Part shown: one piece after another, positions 17,902 through 26,609 of the stretch
How positions within the stretch are numbered: position 1 is the stretch's first letter
Layout of the letters: each line of letters starts with the position of its first letter
Source: Oscillospiraceae bacterium
GTDB lineage: Bacteria; Bacillota; Clostridia; Oscillospirales; JAAYXM01
Length of the DNA stretch: 64,000 nt
Reading direction: 5' to 3'
Assembly: GCA_017439555.1 (NCBI GenBank)
Contig: JAFSIZ010000050.1
Location: 439 to 64,438, forward strand
Program-made: the position numbers and the translations under genes
The notes under the pieces: model-generated
The model's input: only the letters and a program-made list of their open reading frames with translations
Databases searched by the model: none
Told to the model about the DNA's origin: nothing

Positions 17902-18768
17902 GTGGGCAGAGTGTTGTTTTATGAAAACGACTATCCGATAAAGGTGCACACAAGCCGTGCAAGAAGCGTGGACAGGCTGCATATGCACAATGTGCTTCAG
18001 CTGTTCTGCGTGAAAGAAGGCGTGTGTATTCATGATATCTTCGGTAACGCAGGGAAAATGACACCGGGTGAGATATCCATTGCGCCGCCATATAATGCTC
18101 ATAGAATAGATGGGCGCGAGGCTGAATATGAAATGTTCGGAATGGACGCCGATTGCAGCTTTTTCAAGCTGTCGAGGCAGTTCCGTCCGTGGAATTTCTT
18201 TGATTCGTGCATAATGCCGCTCTGCGATGCCGTGTCCGAGCGCGGTCACGTGTTCCGCCCACGCAAAAATGTGGCTGATGAGGTGTTTGGGCTATATAGC
18301 GAGATAAAGACACTCAGCTCGGCGCGTGAAAGCGAAAAGCTTCCTGCTATATATGGAAAAACCATAGAGCTTATGACGCTCATTGCAACGGAATATTCAG
18401 CGCGTGAGGGAGGTATGGGCAAAGCGAGAACGGCTACAAACTGTGAGCCGATGCACGAGGTCTTCAAATATATACATAAAAACTTCCGCAACGAAATAAG
18501 CGCTGAAGAGATTGCGAAAGAAGCAATGATTTCGGAACGCTCGCTTTATCGTCTGTTTGAAGAGAGCATGAACACAACTCTGCATCGCTATATTCAGGCT
18601 CTGCGGCTTGAGTATTCAAAAGAGCTTCTGCGCGATACCGACAGGACGGTGAGGGATATTGCCGATGAATCGGGGTTCGTATATCTCGCAAATTTCCATC
18701 GCTATTTCCGAAGTCAGATGGGGATTTCGCCGAGCGAATACCGCGACAGCTTCCGCGAATTCAAATAA
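17902..18768 (+). CDS. AraC-family transcriptional regulator (cupin + HTH)
   Basis: LHMH cupin motif; C-terminal IADESGFVYLANFHRYFRSQMGISPSEYR. Confidence 0.9.
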   Translation: MGRVLFYENDYPIKVHTSRARSVDRLHMHNVLQLFCVKEGVCIHDIFGNAGKMTPGEISIAPPYNAHRIDGREAEYEMFGMDADCSFFKLSRQFRPWNFFDSCIMPLCDAVSERGHVFRPRKNVADEVFGLYSEIKTLSSARESEKLPAIYGKTIELMTLIATEYSAREGGMGKARTATNCEPMHEVFKYIHKNFRNEISAEEIAKEAMISERSLYRLFEESMNTTLHRYIQALRLEYSKELLRDTDRTVRDIADESGFVYLANFHRYFRSQMGISPSEYRDSFREFK

Positions 18769-18802
18769 AACGGTCTGTAAACTGATGTTACAGACCGTTT
18801 TT
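18767..18802. terminator. Bidirectional intrinsic terminator
   Basis: AAAACGGTCTGTAA-ACTGATG-TTACAGACCGTTTT between convergent genes. Confidence 0.85.
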
Positions 18803-18822
18803 CATATTAAATTGAACTTATA

Positions 18823-19869
18823 TTAAAGGTCGAGCTTGAGGTCGCCTTCTTTTATCCAGCCGATCTTTCTGAAGAAGAGGCCGAGAAGCCAGCAGATGAT
18901 GGCAGGCAGAACAAAATGGACAAGAAGCATACCGAGCCACTGATATGCACCGATTGAGATGCCGTCTGCCACCCAACCTGTATATGTGCCGATCTGGCCG
19001 ACGAGACCGCAGGTGCCCATACCCGAGGAGACAGGTGCGCCATTCATTTCAAGCTTGAATATGCAGGTCGATATCGGGCCGACGATGGCGGAGGTGAGAA
19101 TCGGCGCCGCCCAGATTTTCGGGTTTTTGACGATGTTTCCCATCTGGAGCATACTCGTGCCGAGACCTTGTGCGAGAAGGCCGCCCCATTTGTTTTCGCG
19201 GAAGCTCATAACCGCAAAGCCGACCATCTGTGCGCAACAGCCTGCGAGAGCTGCGCCGCCTGCAAGTCCTGTGAGAGAGAGGCCGGCGCAGATAGCTGCG
19301 CTTGAAATCGGAAGTGTGAGTGCGATGCCGACGATGACTGAGACGAGGATGCCCATCCAAAACGGCTGAAGCGTCGTTGCGAGCATTATGAGCTCACCGA
19401 CATATTTCGCGGCGATGCCTATCGGCTCAGCGATGACGAGCGCAGCGCCTATGCCGGAGCATATTGTCACGATGGGGGTGACGAGGATATCGAGCTTCGT
19501 TTCCTTGCTGACAGCCTTGCCGAGCTCGGACGCGATGATTGTGATTATGAGGACTGCAAACGCACCGCCTGCGCCGCCGAGTTCATTTGCTGCGATGCCG
19601 ACAGACGTCAGCGAGAAGAGGACGAGCGGAGGGCATTTGAGCGCATATCCGATGGCAACTGCCATAGCGGCGCCCTGTGCGCCTTTTGCATATGTACCGA
19701 TGGTGTTGAGAATCTCAATTCCGAGCTGTTGACCGATGGTAGAGATAATTGTGCCGATGAGAAGCGAGGCGAAGAGACCTTGGGCCATTGCTCCGAGGGC
19801 ATCGATGAAATAGCGTTTGAGTGAGAATTCGATGTCTTTGCGTTGCAGGAATGCTTTGAACTTATTCAA
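18823..19869 (-). CDS. PfoR-like membrane protein (PTS EIIC_2 family)
   Basis: IDALGAMAQGLFASLLIGTI, LTLPISSAA, GLGTSMLQMGNI, SGMGTCGLVG; TTG start. Confidence 0.85.
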   Translation of the reverse strand: MNKFKAFLQRKDIEFSLKRYFIDALGAMAQGLFASLLIGTIISTIGQQLGIEILNTIGTYAKGAQGAAMAVAIGYALKCPPLVLFSLTSVGIAANELGGAGGAFAVLIITIIASELGKAVSKETKLDILVTPIVTICSGIGAALVIAEPIGIAAKYVGELIMLATTLQPFWMGILVSVIVGIALTLPISSAAICAGLSLTGLAGGAALAGCCAQMVGFAVMSFRENKWGGLLAQGLGTSMLQMGNIVKNPKIWAAPILTSAIVGPISTCIFKLEMNGAPVSSGMGTCGLVGQIGTYTGWVADGISIGAYQWLGMLLVHFVLPAIICWLLGLFFRKIGWIKEGDLKLDL

Positions 19870-20044
19870 AGAAATCAGCTCCAGTCATATTAATTTATGT
19901 GCTTCGGTTTAAAAAATATTTTAGCACAAATGATGTAAATGTCAAATGGCGGAAGTTACAAAATCCTCTTGCGTTTTTTGCGTTCTTTTTGTAATATTAT
20001 ATATAGTCGAATATGAAAATTGCAATATATATAAAATAATGCGG

Positions 20045-20100
20045 TTTTTGTATAAGATTTTATGGAGACAAAATCCGGGCGTTGTGTTAAAATGTAGCTG
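20045..20100 (+). promoter_or_regulatory. Operator/promoter copy 1 (duplicated at 22275)
   Basis: TTTTTGTATAAGATTTTATGGAGACAAA...TGTGTTAAAATGTAGCTG; weak -35 GAGACA, extended -10 TGnTAAAAT. Confidence 0.65.
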
Positions 20101-20127
20101 AAATAAAGCAAAAAGAGAGGTATTGCT

Positions 20128-22191
20128 ATGAATGAAATTATAAGAGAAATGAACAATAATACCTGGGCAGAAGGTATAACCTGGTATTGGTATAACGATG
20201 CCGAGATTTTTGAATATACAGATGAGGACTTTGATCGCAAGGCGAAGGAGCTTGCCGAACGTGGCGTAACGATGGTGCTGACTTTCAGTCTGACACACTT
20301 CCGGCTCGGCTTCTATCCCTATTGGAAGGAAATAAACGCGTGCATCGCAAAAATCGTCAAGTCCTGCCATAAATACGGAATCCGCGTTGTTGAGCATTCC
20401 AGCGCACACCTCACGCATTATCTGCGCACGAAGCTTGGCTGGACACGCTTGCTTGAGGACTTTGCCTCCTTTGGCCACGGTGATGTTGATATAAACAACT
20501 GGGTGAAAATGTTTGAGTTTCTCACCGCAGACCTCACAATCGAGGGGAAGAATCTCGAAAGCCTCGTTCAGATAGACGGAAGAACAGGAAAACCGGCAGA
20601 AAATGTCTATGGTGCATATTCGATGTGCTTCAATAACCCCGACTACCGCGAGATATACTTCAACTATATGAAGGATGTTGTCGCAACCGGTATCGACGGA
20701 ATTATGAACGACGATGTTCAGTGGTTCGGAGACCGCAATTCCTGCACCTGTGAGCATTGCAGAAAGCTCTTCCGCGAGGAGACGGGCTATGAGATTCCTG
20801 GACCCGATGAATGGGACGGCTTTTTTGACAACTATGATAATCCTGCGTATGTTGAGTGGAAAAAATTTAAATTCAGAAGCACAAACAGATTCTACCGTGA
20901 CCTTACAAAGCACTATGAATCTCTCGGAGCAAAGCTTCTCCGCCCGAACTACTGCTCGGATATCTTAAAGCACAATCCGACCTGTTATTCATTTGACCGT
21001 TGCTGCGATATGTGGGACTATATCTTCCAGGAAAACTGCTTCTCTGCAGTTATCAAGCAGTCATATCTCGATTTTCAGACAGAGGCAGTCCATCGCTATG
21101 CCGCAGGTCAGAGAACGGGTGCGCCGTCAATGTCGATGTTCTATCCCAACCGTGCGGATAATGCATATTTCGGTTGGGCGCTTGCACGTTCATGGGGGCA
21201 GCTCTATACAGGAACGTTCGAGGGCTTTGATATAACTCACTTTGAAAAGCCATACCGCGATTTTGAAAGCGAAAATATCCGCTTCTACACAGCTCCGAAG
21301 AAGCTTTCGGATGTAAGCTTCTATCTCTCGCTCAAAACACGTGACTTTGTTTCGGCTGACGCTTTCCCGCGCTACATGAGCAAGATGATGGCAGGAATAC
21401 AGTCTGCATATATGTCTAATCTCGGAGTTGATATGGTGTTTGAGGAGGATACGCTCGATGAGCTTTCAAAGCGCGGAGTGATCGTCGCATCCCATGTCGT
21501 TATGATAAGTGACGAGGAGCTTTCGCGTCTTTCGGAATATGTAAAGCTCGGCGGAAAGCTTGTTATCCTCGGCGACTTTGCTGAGTTTGACGAAAAGCGC
21601 TCGAAGCGCGATATAAAGGACGTTGAAAAGCTTCTCGGAGCAGCTCTTGAAACAGACAAGGCGGTAAAGCTCGGGGCAGGCGAGATATTCCGCTCGGGCT
21701 TTGTAAGCGTTGAGGATGAATATCAGCCCACAATCTGGGAGAGGCGTCACAGTGCTTGCGAGGAGGATGTCGAAATGATTCCGTCAAAGCGAGCGCTTCA
21801 ACGCGCAGGAACGGGCAAGGTGCTCTGCGATGCAGTAAAAGATCCGAAGGTAAAAATTACCTGCGAAAATAATGATGTTATCGTAACCGCATTTGAGGTC
21901 GAAGGTGCACTTGCAATCCACCTTATGAATCTTGCCGATACAATTATTGATGAGCCCACACCCGTATCTCACGACGATATAATCACAAACTTCACGGAAA
22001 ACGGCGTGAAGGTTCCGGAGATAAAGCTTTCGGTAAGTATTCCCAAAGCCCTTTCCACATCACGTGCTTTCCTTCGCACACCCGAGCGGAATGAGGAGCT
22101 TTCCCTTGATATTTGCGCAAACGGCGGCAAGGCAGAGATCACGGTGCCTGCAGATGTTTTTTCGGGCTATGCACTTGTTGTGGTGGAATAG
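20128..22191 (+). CDS. Cytoplasmic glycoside hydrolase-like protein (GH42/GHL-like TIM barrel with CxCxxC site and trimerisation-like domain)
   Basis: CFNNPDYREIY, GIDGIMNDD, CTCEHCRKLF, LSEYVKLGGKLVILG; no signal peptide. Confidence 0.6.
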   Translation: MNEIIREMNNNTWAEGITWYWYNDAEIFEYTDEDFDRKAKELAERGVTMVLTFSLTHFRLGFYPYWKEINACIAKIVKSCHKYGIRVVEHSSAHLTHYLRTKLGWTRLLEDFASFGHGDVDINNWVKMFEFLTADLTIEGKNLESLVQIDGRTGKPAENVYGAYSMCFNNPDYREIYFNYMKDVVATGIDGIMNDDVQWFGDRNSCTCEHCRKLFREETGYEIPGPDEWDGFFDNYDNPAYVEWKKFKFRSTNRFYRDLTKHYESLGAKLLRPNYCSDILKHNPTCYSFDRCCDMWDYIFQENCFSAVIKQSYLDFQTEAVHRYAAGQRTGAPSMSMFYPNRADNAYFGWALARSWGQLYTGTFEGFDITHFEKPYRDFESENIRFYTAPKKLSDVSFYLSLKTRDFVSADAFPRYMSKMMAGIQSAYMSNLGVDMVFEEDTLDELSKRGVIVASHVVMISDEELSRLSEYVKLGGKLVILGDFAEFDEKRSKRDIKDVEKLLGAALETDKAVKLGAGEIFRSGFVSVEDEYQPTIWERRHSACEEDVEMIPSKRALQRAGTGKVLCDAVKDPKVKITCENNDVIVTAFEVEGALAIHLMNLADTIIDEPTPVSHDDIITNFTENGVKVPEIKLSVSIPKALSTSRAFLRTPERNEELSLDICANGGKAEITVPADVFSGYALVVVE

Positions 22192-22274
22192 CTGCAGTTG
22201 CCTTATAATTGAATGGTTTCCGTGGGCAGAATTCTGCTCTGCTCACGGAGATTTATCTGTATAATATTTTACAA

Positions 22275-22331
22275 TTTTTGTATAAGATTTTACGGAGACA
22301 AATATAATAGTCGTGTGCTAAAATGTAACTG
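22275..22331 (+). promoter_or_regulatory. Operator/promoter copy 2, upstream of the AraC gene
   Basis: TTTTTGTATAAGATTTTACGGAGACAAA...TGTGCTAAAATGTAACTG, near-identical to 20045-20100. Confidence 0.65.
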
Positions 22332-22361
22332 TAAAAATATTTTAAATTTCTGTTACAAATT

Positions 22362-23261
22362 GTGGTGAAATTTATGGATAGAACAATTTATAAAAGAAAC
22401 GACGTAATAAATTTTTTCACAATAGAGAAATTTGCTTTTTTCAATGAAAACAACTTTGATTTCACGCTTCCTTATCCTATGGAGAGACATGATTTTTTTG
22501 AGCTGCAATATATGCGCAAGGGAAGCCGTGTAAGTGTTATCAATGGAAAAGCGCAGACGATAAGTAAAGGGCAGCTTATGATTGTTCCGCCAAACGTTCC
22601 GCATATGCTGACGGAATGTTCGGAGGATGCAAGCTGTTTCCTTGTCGGGTTTACGGTTTTTCGATCAAATGAGCTTCGGGCATTGAGCTCAAAGCCTATT
22701 GAGCTTTCGGAGGATGACAGAAAAAGCTTTGAAACGCTGTTTGAAGACGGCGTTCAGTATTTCACACAGCTGTCACTTGAGATTCCCGACCGCGGAAGCA
22801 GATTCAGCTCAGGGGTATCGCGCGGAAAGATTCAGGCAATCAAGAACAGGGTTGAGATATTCTTCATAAAGCTTATCGAGTCGCAGCTTGAAACTCTCCC
22901 CGATGAGGACTTTATCCCGAAAAGGTTTTCTGTTGCAGAAGCGGTGCTTGAATATCTCAAAGCTCACATAACCGACAGGGTAACGCTTTCTCAGATTTCC
23001 GATTCAATGTCGCTCAGTGTTCCGTATATATGCCGCGAATTTCGCAAGGAATATGAAGCGACGATAATCGACTATCTTCTCGATATGAAGATTGAGCGTT
23101 CAAAACAGCTTATAGAGGAAACATCGCTGAACTTCACGCAGATTGCGGAATATCTTTCGTTTGAATCCGAGAGCCACTTTTCCAAAACCTTCTCAAAGCG
23201 TGTGGGAATGACTCCGGGGACGTATTTAAAGCGCATAAGAAACGCGGAAAAGCAAAAATGA
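22362..23261 (+). CDS. AraC-family transcriptional regulator
   Basis: ERHDFFELQY cupin; IAEYLSFESESHFSKTFSKRVGMTP HTH; true start may be ATG 22374. Confidence 0.9.
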   Translation: MVKFMDRTIYKRNDVINFFTIEKFAFFNENNFDFTLPYPMERHDFFELQYMRKGSRVSVINGKAQTISKGQLMIVPPNVPHMLTECSEDASCFLVGFTVFRSNELRALSSKPIELSEDDRKSFETLFEDGVQYFTQLSLEIPDRGSRFSSGVSRGKIQAIKNRVEIFFIKLIESQLETLPDEDFIPKRFSVAEAVLEYLKAHITDRVTLSQISDSMSLSVPYICREFRKEYEATIIDYLLDMKIERSKQLIEETSLNFTQIAEYLSFESESHFSKTFSKRVGMTPGTYLKRIRNAEKQK

Positions 23262-23268
23262 GGTAGAT

Positions 23269-23916
23269 ATGAAGGTTTTTGATTTAACACAAAGAATTTC
23301 TGAGGGGATGCCCGTATATCCGGGAACGGAAGAGGCAAAGCTTTTGCCTGCAAATACATATGAAAAAGACGGATTCCGCGAAACGCTCCTTTCGATGACC
23401 ACCCACACGGGAACGCATATGGATCCGCCGGCACATCTTTTCCCGGAGCTTAAAACACTTGATTCGTTTGACGCAGAACACTTTGTCGGACGCGGTGCGG
23501 TTATCGATTGCCGGGAGTTGGGGCGTGGCGGAATAATCACAATGGAGCATATAAACCGCGAAAGAGCCGCGTGTGACGAGGCTGATTTCATTCTGTTCTG
23601 CACGGGCTGGAGCAGATATTGGTGCTCACCCGAATATTTCGGAGAATATCCCGTTATAGATGCCGAGGTTGCGGACTACATAATAAAAACGGGCAAAAAG
23701 GGAATAGGCTTTGACACAATCGGGCTTGACCCGATATCGGATGCGAATCTCACACTGCACAAGCGCATACTCGGTGAGAACAGAACCGTTATAATAGAAA
23801 ATCTCACAAATCTTGAAAAGCTCATCGGGAAAAGCTTTACGCTGTGCGCCTTTCCGCTGAACATCGAGAATGCAGACGGCTCTCCCATAAGGGCGATGGC
23901 AATGTGTGAGGAATAA
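23269..23916 (+). CDS. Cyclase-family metal-dependent hydrolase (kynurenine formamidase-like)
   Basis: DLTQ, MPVYPG, THTGTHMDPPAH, IIENLTNL, DGSPIRA. Confidence 0.9.
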   Translation: MKVFDLTQRISEGMPVYPGTEEAKLLPANTYEKDGFRETLLSMTTHTGTHMDPPAHLFPELKTLDSFDAEHFVGRGAVIDCRELGRGGIITMEHINRERAACDEADFILFCTGWSRYWCSPEYFGEYPVIDAEVADYIIKTGKKGIGFDTIGLDPISDANLTLHKRILGENRTVIIENLTNLEKLIGKSFTLCAFPLNIENADGSPIRAMAMCEE

Positions 23917-23988
23917 ACTGCGGTATCAAAAGCTCACAAAGAGCGTTGATATAGATAAAACAGGTATATTAAATAAGGAGGAAACAAA

Positions 23989-26556
23989 ATGAGAAAAGTA
24001 TTATCATTCATCCTTGTCTGCGCGATGCTCGTAGGTCTTATGCCGATGACATTTGCACAAGATGCTGTAAGAGGCGAAAACGAATGGGTGTTCACGAGAG
24101 CATCCCACGGAAAGGCAGCGGATACTTTGGCCTATGACCTCACAAATAAGGTTACGGCTTTCCCTATGGACGAGACGGTAACTTCCGTTTCCGACAAGTG
24201 GGAGTTTGTAAATCAGGTCGGTGGTTCGGGATACAATATCATGTCGGGCTACTTCCATTTCTATGGAACAAGCTCTGATGTTCCCAATTTCTCAAATCCG
24301 CGCTCGTTTGTCTTCGAGCTTGAAACGGATCTTAACGGAACAGTTTCTCCGTCCATAACGGTTTCTAAAAATTCTGACGGTGCAAAATGGGAAATCTATC
24401 TCATCGAGAAGCCCGCAAATTCCGAGGCGTGGCATTGCAACACTGCGGTTTCGGGAAGAGATTACGGAAACCTCGGCAATATCGGTGCATTGACAAAAAC
24501 GATTGACACAAAATACCGTCTCGGCGTTATTGATGCTTATTCCGCATCGGCAAAGGTTGAGACAGATATCTTCCCTGAAATAACGGTCAAGCCCGGTCGC
24601 TATTATCTTGTCGGTATAGCAAACGGTGCACACGAGAGCTGGGGAAAGAAATATCAGATGATAGACCTTGTCTCCTTCAAGATGAAGAATCGCGCGCTTT
24701 CGGATGCAGTACGCTATAACTACAACATCTCCTCGGATGCATTGGCATCAACTGCAATCTCCGAATATGGAAACAACCACACGAAAAATGGTGCGATAGA
24801 TAATGGAGAGCTTATTTACATAAGCTGGGAGCTCCTCGACCCGTCTAAGCACGTCGCTCTTGACCTTACAAAAACCGATGGCTACAGACTCTATCCGAGA
24901 CAGACAACATTCAACACAAGCCTTTCATTGCACGATGCGGGTGTATATAACGAATTTAAGCTTGTCTGGGATGCGGAGAAAGAAAATCCCGTATATTCAT
25001 ATAATTCCGAAAGCATTGCAGACAGAATGCATTATATGATAAAACTCAATGTTCCCGTCGGCGGAAAATACAATCTTGCTCTTTTGAACAGATATACTCA
25101 GAAGAGCTTCGATTATCAGGAGGACGGAAGCAACTCCGATTATCGCGTCGGAAATCTGAACTATATGCCGTGTGGCGCGGCGACGACAGTATATGTTATA
25201 AACGCAACTGAAGCAGGTGCAATTAAATTCTCAAATACATGGTATTATAACGGTAACAGAGAAAGTGCGGCGCAGTTTGATTCGCGCCTTACCGATGCTA
25301 ACCGCCTCGGCATATATAAATCAGGTGTCCTTGCAGCAGACAATAACACTCCTGCAGTAACAAAGTTTGACAAGACACTTGATCTTGCGGCAGGCGAATA
25401 CTATGTCCTCTTTGACCTCGATAAGAATAGCTATAATGAGCAGAAGTCATATTGGACAAGAACATCGGGAAGCGTTAAATGGTTCTCTCAGTATTTTGTC
25501 ATTTCGGGAATTCAGCTTACACCGATTGATGAAACAGACTATGATTCTGTTAATGACGCCTACGATGCAATCGTAAACGTAAACCCCGGAAATGCAACAG
25601 AAGAAAGTGTCGGAAGCACAATTTCAAACGTAAAACTTCTCTGTGAAGCAGACGACAGCACGATTGATGCAAAAGAAGTTAATACAGGCTCAAAAATTAC
25701 CTGCACAGCTCCTGAAAAGAGCGGCTACACGTTCCTTTATTGGGCTCAGGGCATCGGTGAGTATAAAAAGATCGTTTCCTATACAAAGGAGCTTGATGTA
25801 AAGGCTGAGAAAGGCGCAATGTGGCTTACAGCGGTATATGCTGATGACTCTGCGTCAAAGACCGATGTTGTTTTCTACAACGCAAACGGTGATGAGCTTT
25901 CGCGCAGCCAATATAATGAAGGCGATGCGATTGTGCTCAGAGACCTTCCGAGTATGGCAGGCTTTGAGAGTGCAAGCGGCTGGACTCTTGATACAGACGG
26001 CAAGACTTATGTCTCGAGCGATGAGGTTGCAGCATCCGGCAAGCTTATGCGCTTTGTTGCGGCATATCCCGAGACTCCGACGGAAACCTATGATATCACG
26101 GTAGTCGGCGGAACGGCGGATAAGGAAAGCGCAACCTATGGCGAGACCGTGACGGTAAGCACAACGATTCGTGAGAACCAAAACGGCGCAAAGCTCTTCA
26201 ACTATTGGATGCGTGACGGAGAGATCGTAAGCTTTGATCTTTCCTACAGCTTCAAGGTATGGAAGGATACGGAGGTAACGGCGGTCTATAAAGACTATGT
26301 GCCTGCGGCAGAGGCTGTACGCAAGATCATTCTCGGAACGAGAACGGTTGGAACAGACACTGCGATTGTTGCAGAGTTTATCGGCGTTGATAACGCTGTT
26401 GAAAAGGGAATTCTTTTCGGAACCGATCTTGACAATGCAACTCATAAGGTTGCGATGTCAGAGAACGGCGATGCTTTCACAGTCATCGACGATGTAACGG
26501 GCGATGGCATCGGATATGCAATCCTCGCGAACGGAAAAGTAATCTACAGCAAGTAA
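23989..26556 (+). CDS. Secreted 855-aa protein with two CBM-like beta-sandwich modules and C-terminal divergent InlB-B/Flg_new-like repeats
   Basis: Signal peptide; modules shared with the downstream giant protein; APEKSGYTFLYW and FNYW..DGEIVS..SYSF repeats. Confidence 0.7.
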   Translation: MRKVLSFILVCAMLVGLMPMTFAQDAVRGENEWVFTRASHGKAADTLAYDLTNKVTAFPMDETVTSVSDKWEFVNQVGGSGYNIMSGYFHFYGTSSDVPNFSNPRSFVFELETDLNGTVSPSITVSKNSDGAKWEIYLIEKPANSEAWHCNTAVSGRDYGNLGNIGALTKTIDTKYRLGVIDAYSASAKVETDIFPEITVKPGRYYLVGIANGAHESWGKKYQMIDLVSFKMKNRALSDAVRYNYNISSDALASTAISEYGNNHTKNGAIDNGELIYISWELLDPSKHVALDLTKTDGYRLYPRQTTFNTSLSLHDAGVYNEFKLVWDAEKENPVYSYNSESIADRMHYMIKLNVPVGGKYNLALLNRYTQKSFDYQEDGSNSDYRVGNLNYMPCGAATTVYVINATEAGAIKFSNTWYYNGNRESAAQFDSRLTDANRLGIYKSGVLAADNNTPAVTKFDKTLDLAAGEYYVLFDLDKNSYNEQKSYWTRTSGSVKWFSQYFVISGIQLTPIDETDYDSVNDAYDAIVNVNPGNATEESVGSTISNVKLLCEADDSTIDAKEVNTGSKITCTAPEKSGYTFLYWAQGIGEYKKIVSYTKELDVKAEKGAMWLTAVYADDSASKTDVVFYNANGDELSRSQYNEGDAIVLRDLPSMAGFESASGWTLDTDGKTYVSSDEVAASGKLMRFVAAYPETPTETYDITVVGGTADKESATYGETVTVSTTIRENQNGAKLFNYWMRDGEIVSFDLSYSFKVWKDTEVTAVYKDYVPAAEAVRKIILGTRTVGTDTAIVAEFIGVDNAVEKGILFGTDLDNATHKVAMSENGDAFTVIDDVTGDGIGYAILANGKVIYSK

Positions 26557-26609
26557 AAAACAACAGGGCGAGAGAAATTTCGCCCTGAAAGTCCCAAAGG
26601 AGGAAGCTT

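Noticed and set aside
18823-19869. Functional PTS for the catabolic block
   Set aside because: PfoR-like stand-alone EIIC with no EIIA/EIIB nearby; no evidence tying it to the sugar genes
19942-20913. 323-aa minus-strand ORF (similar shadows at 32160-32978, 33192-34076, 47438-48190, 53792-54505, 55094-55903)
   Set aside because: Fully or largely antisense to well-supported genes; no motifs or RBS
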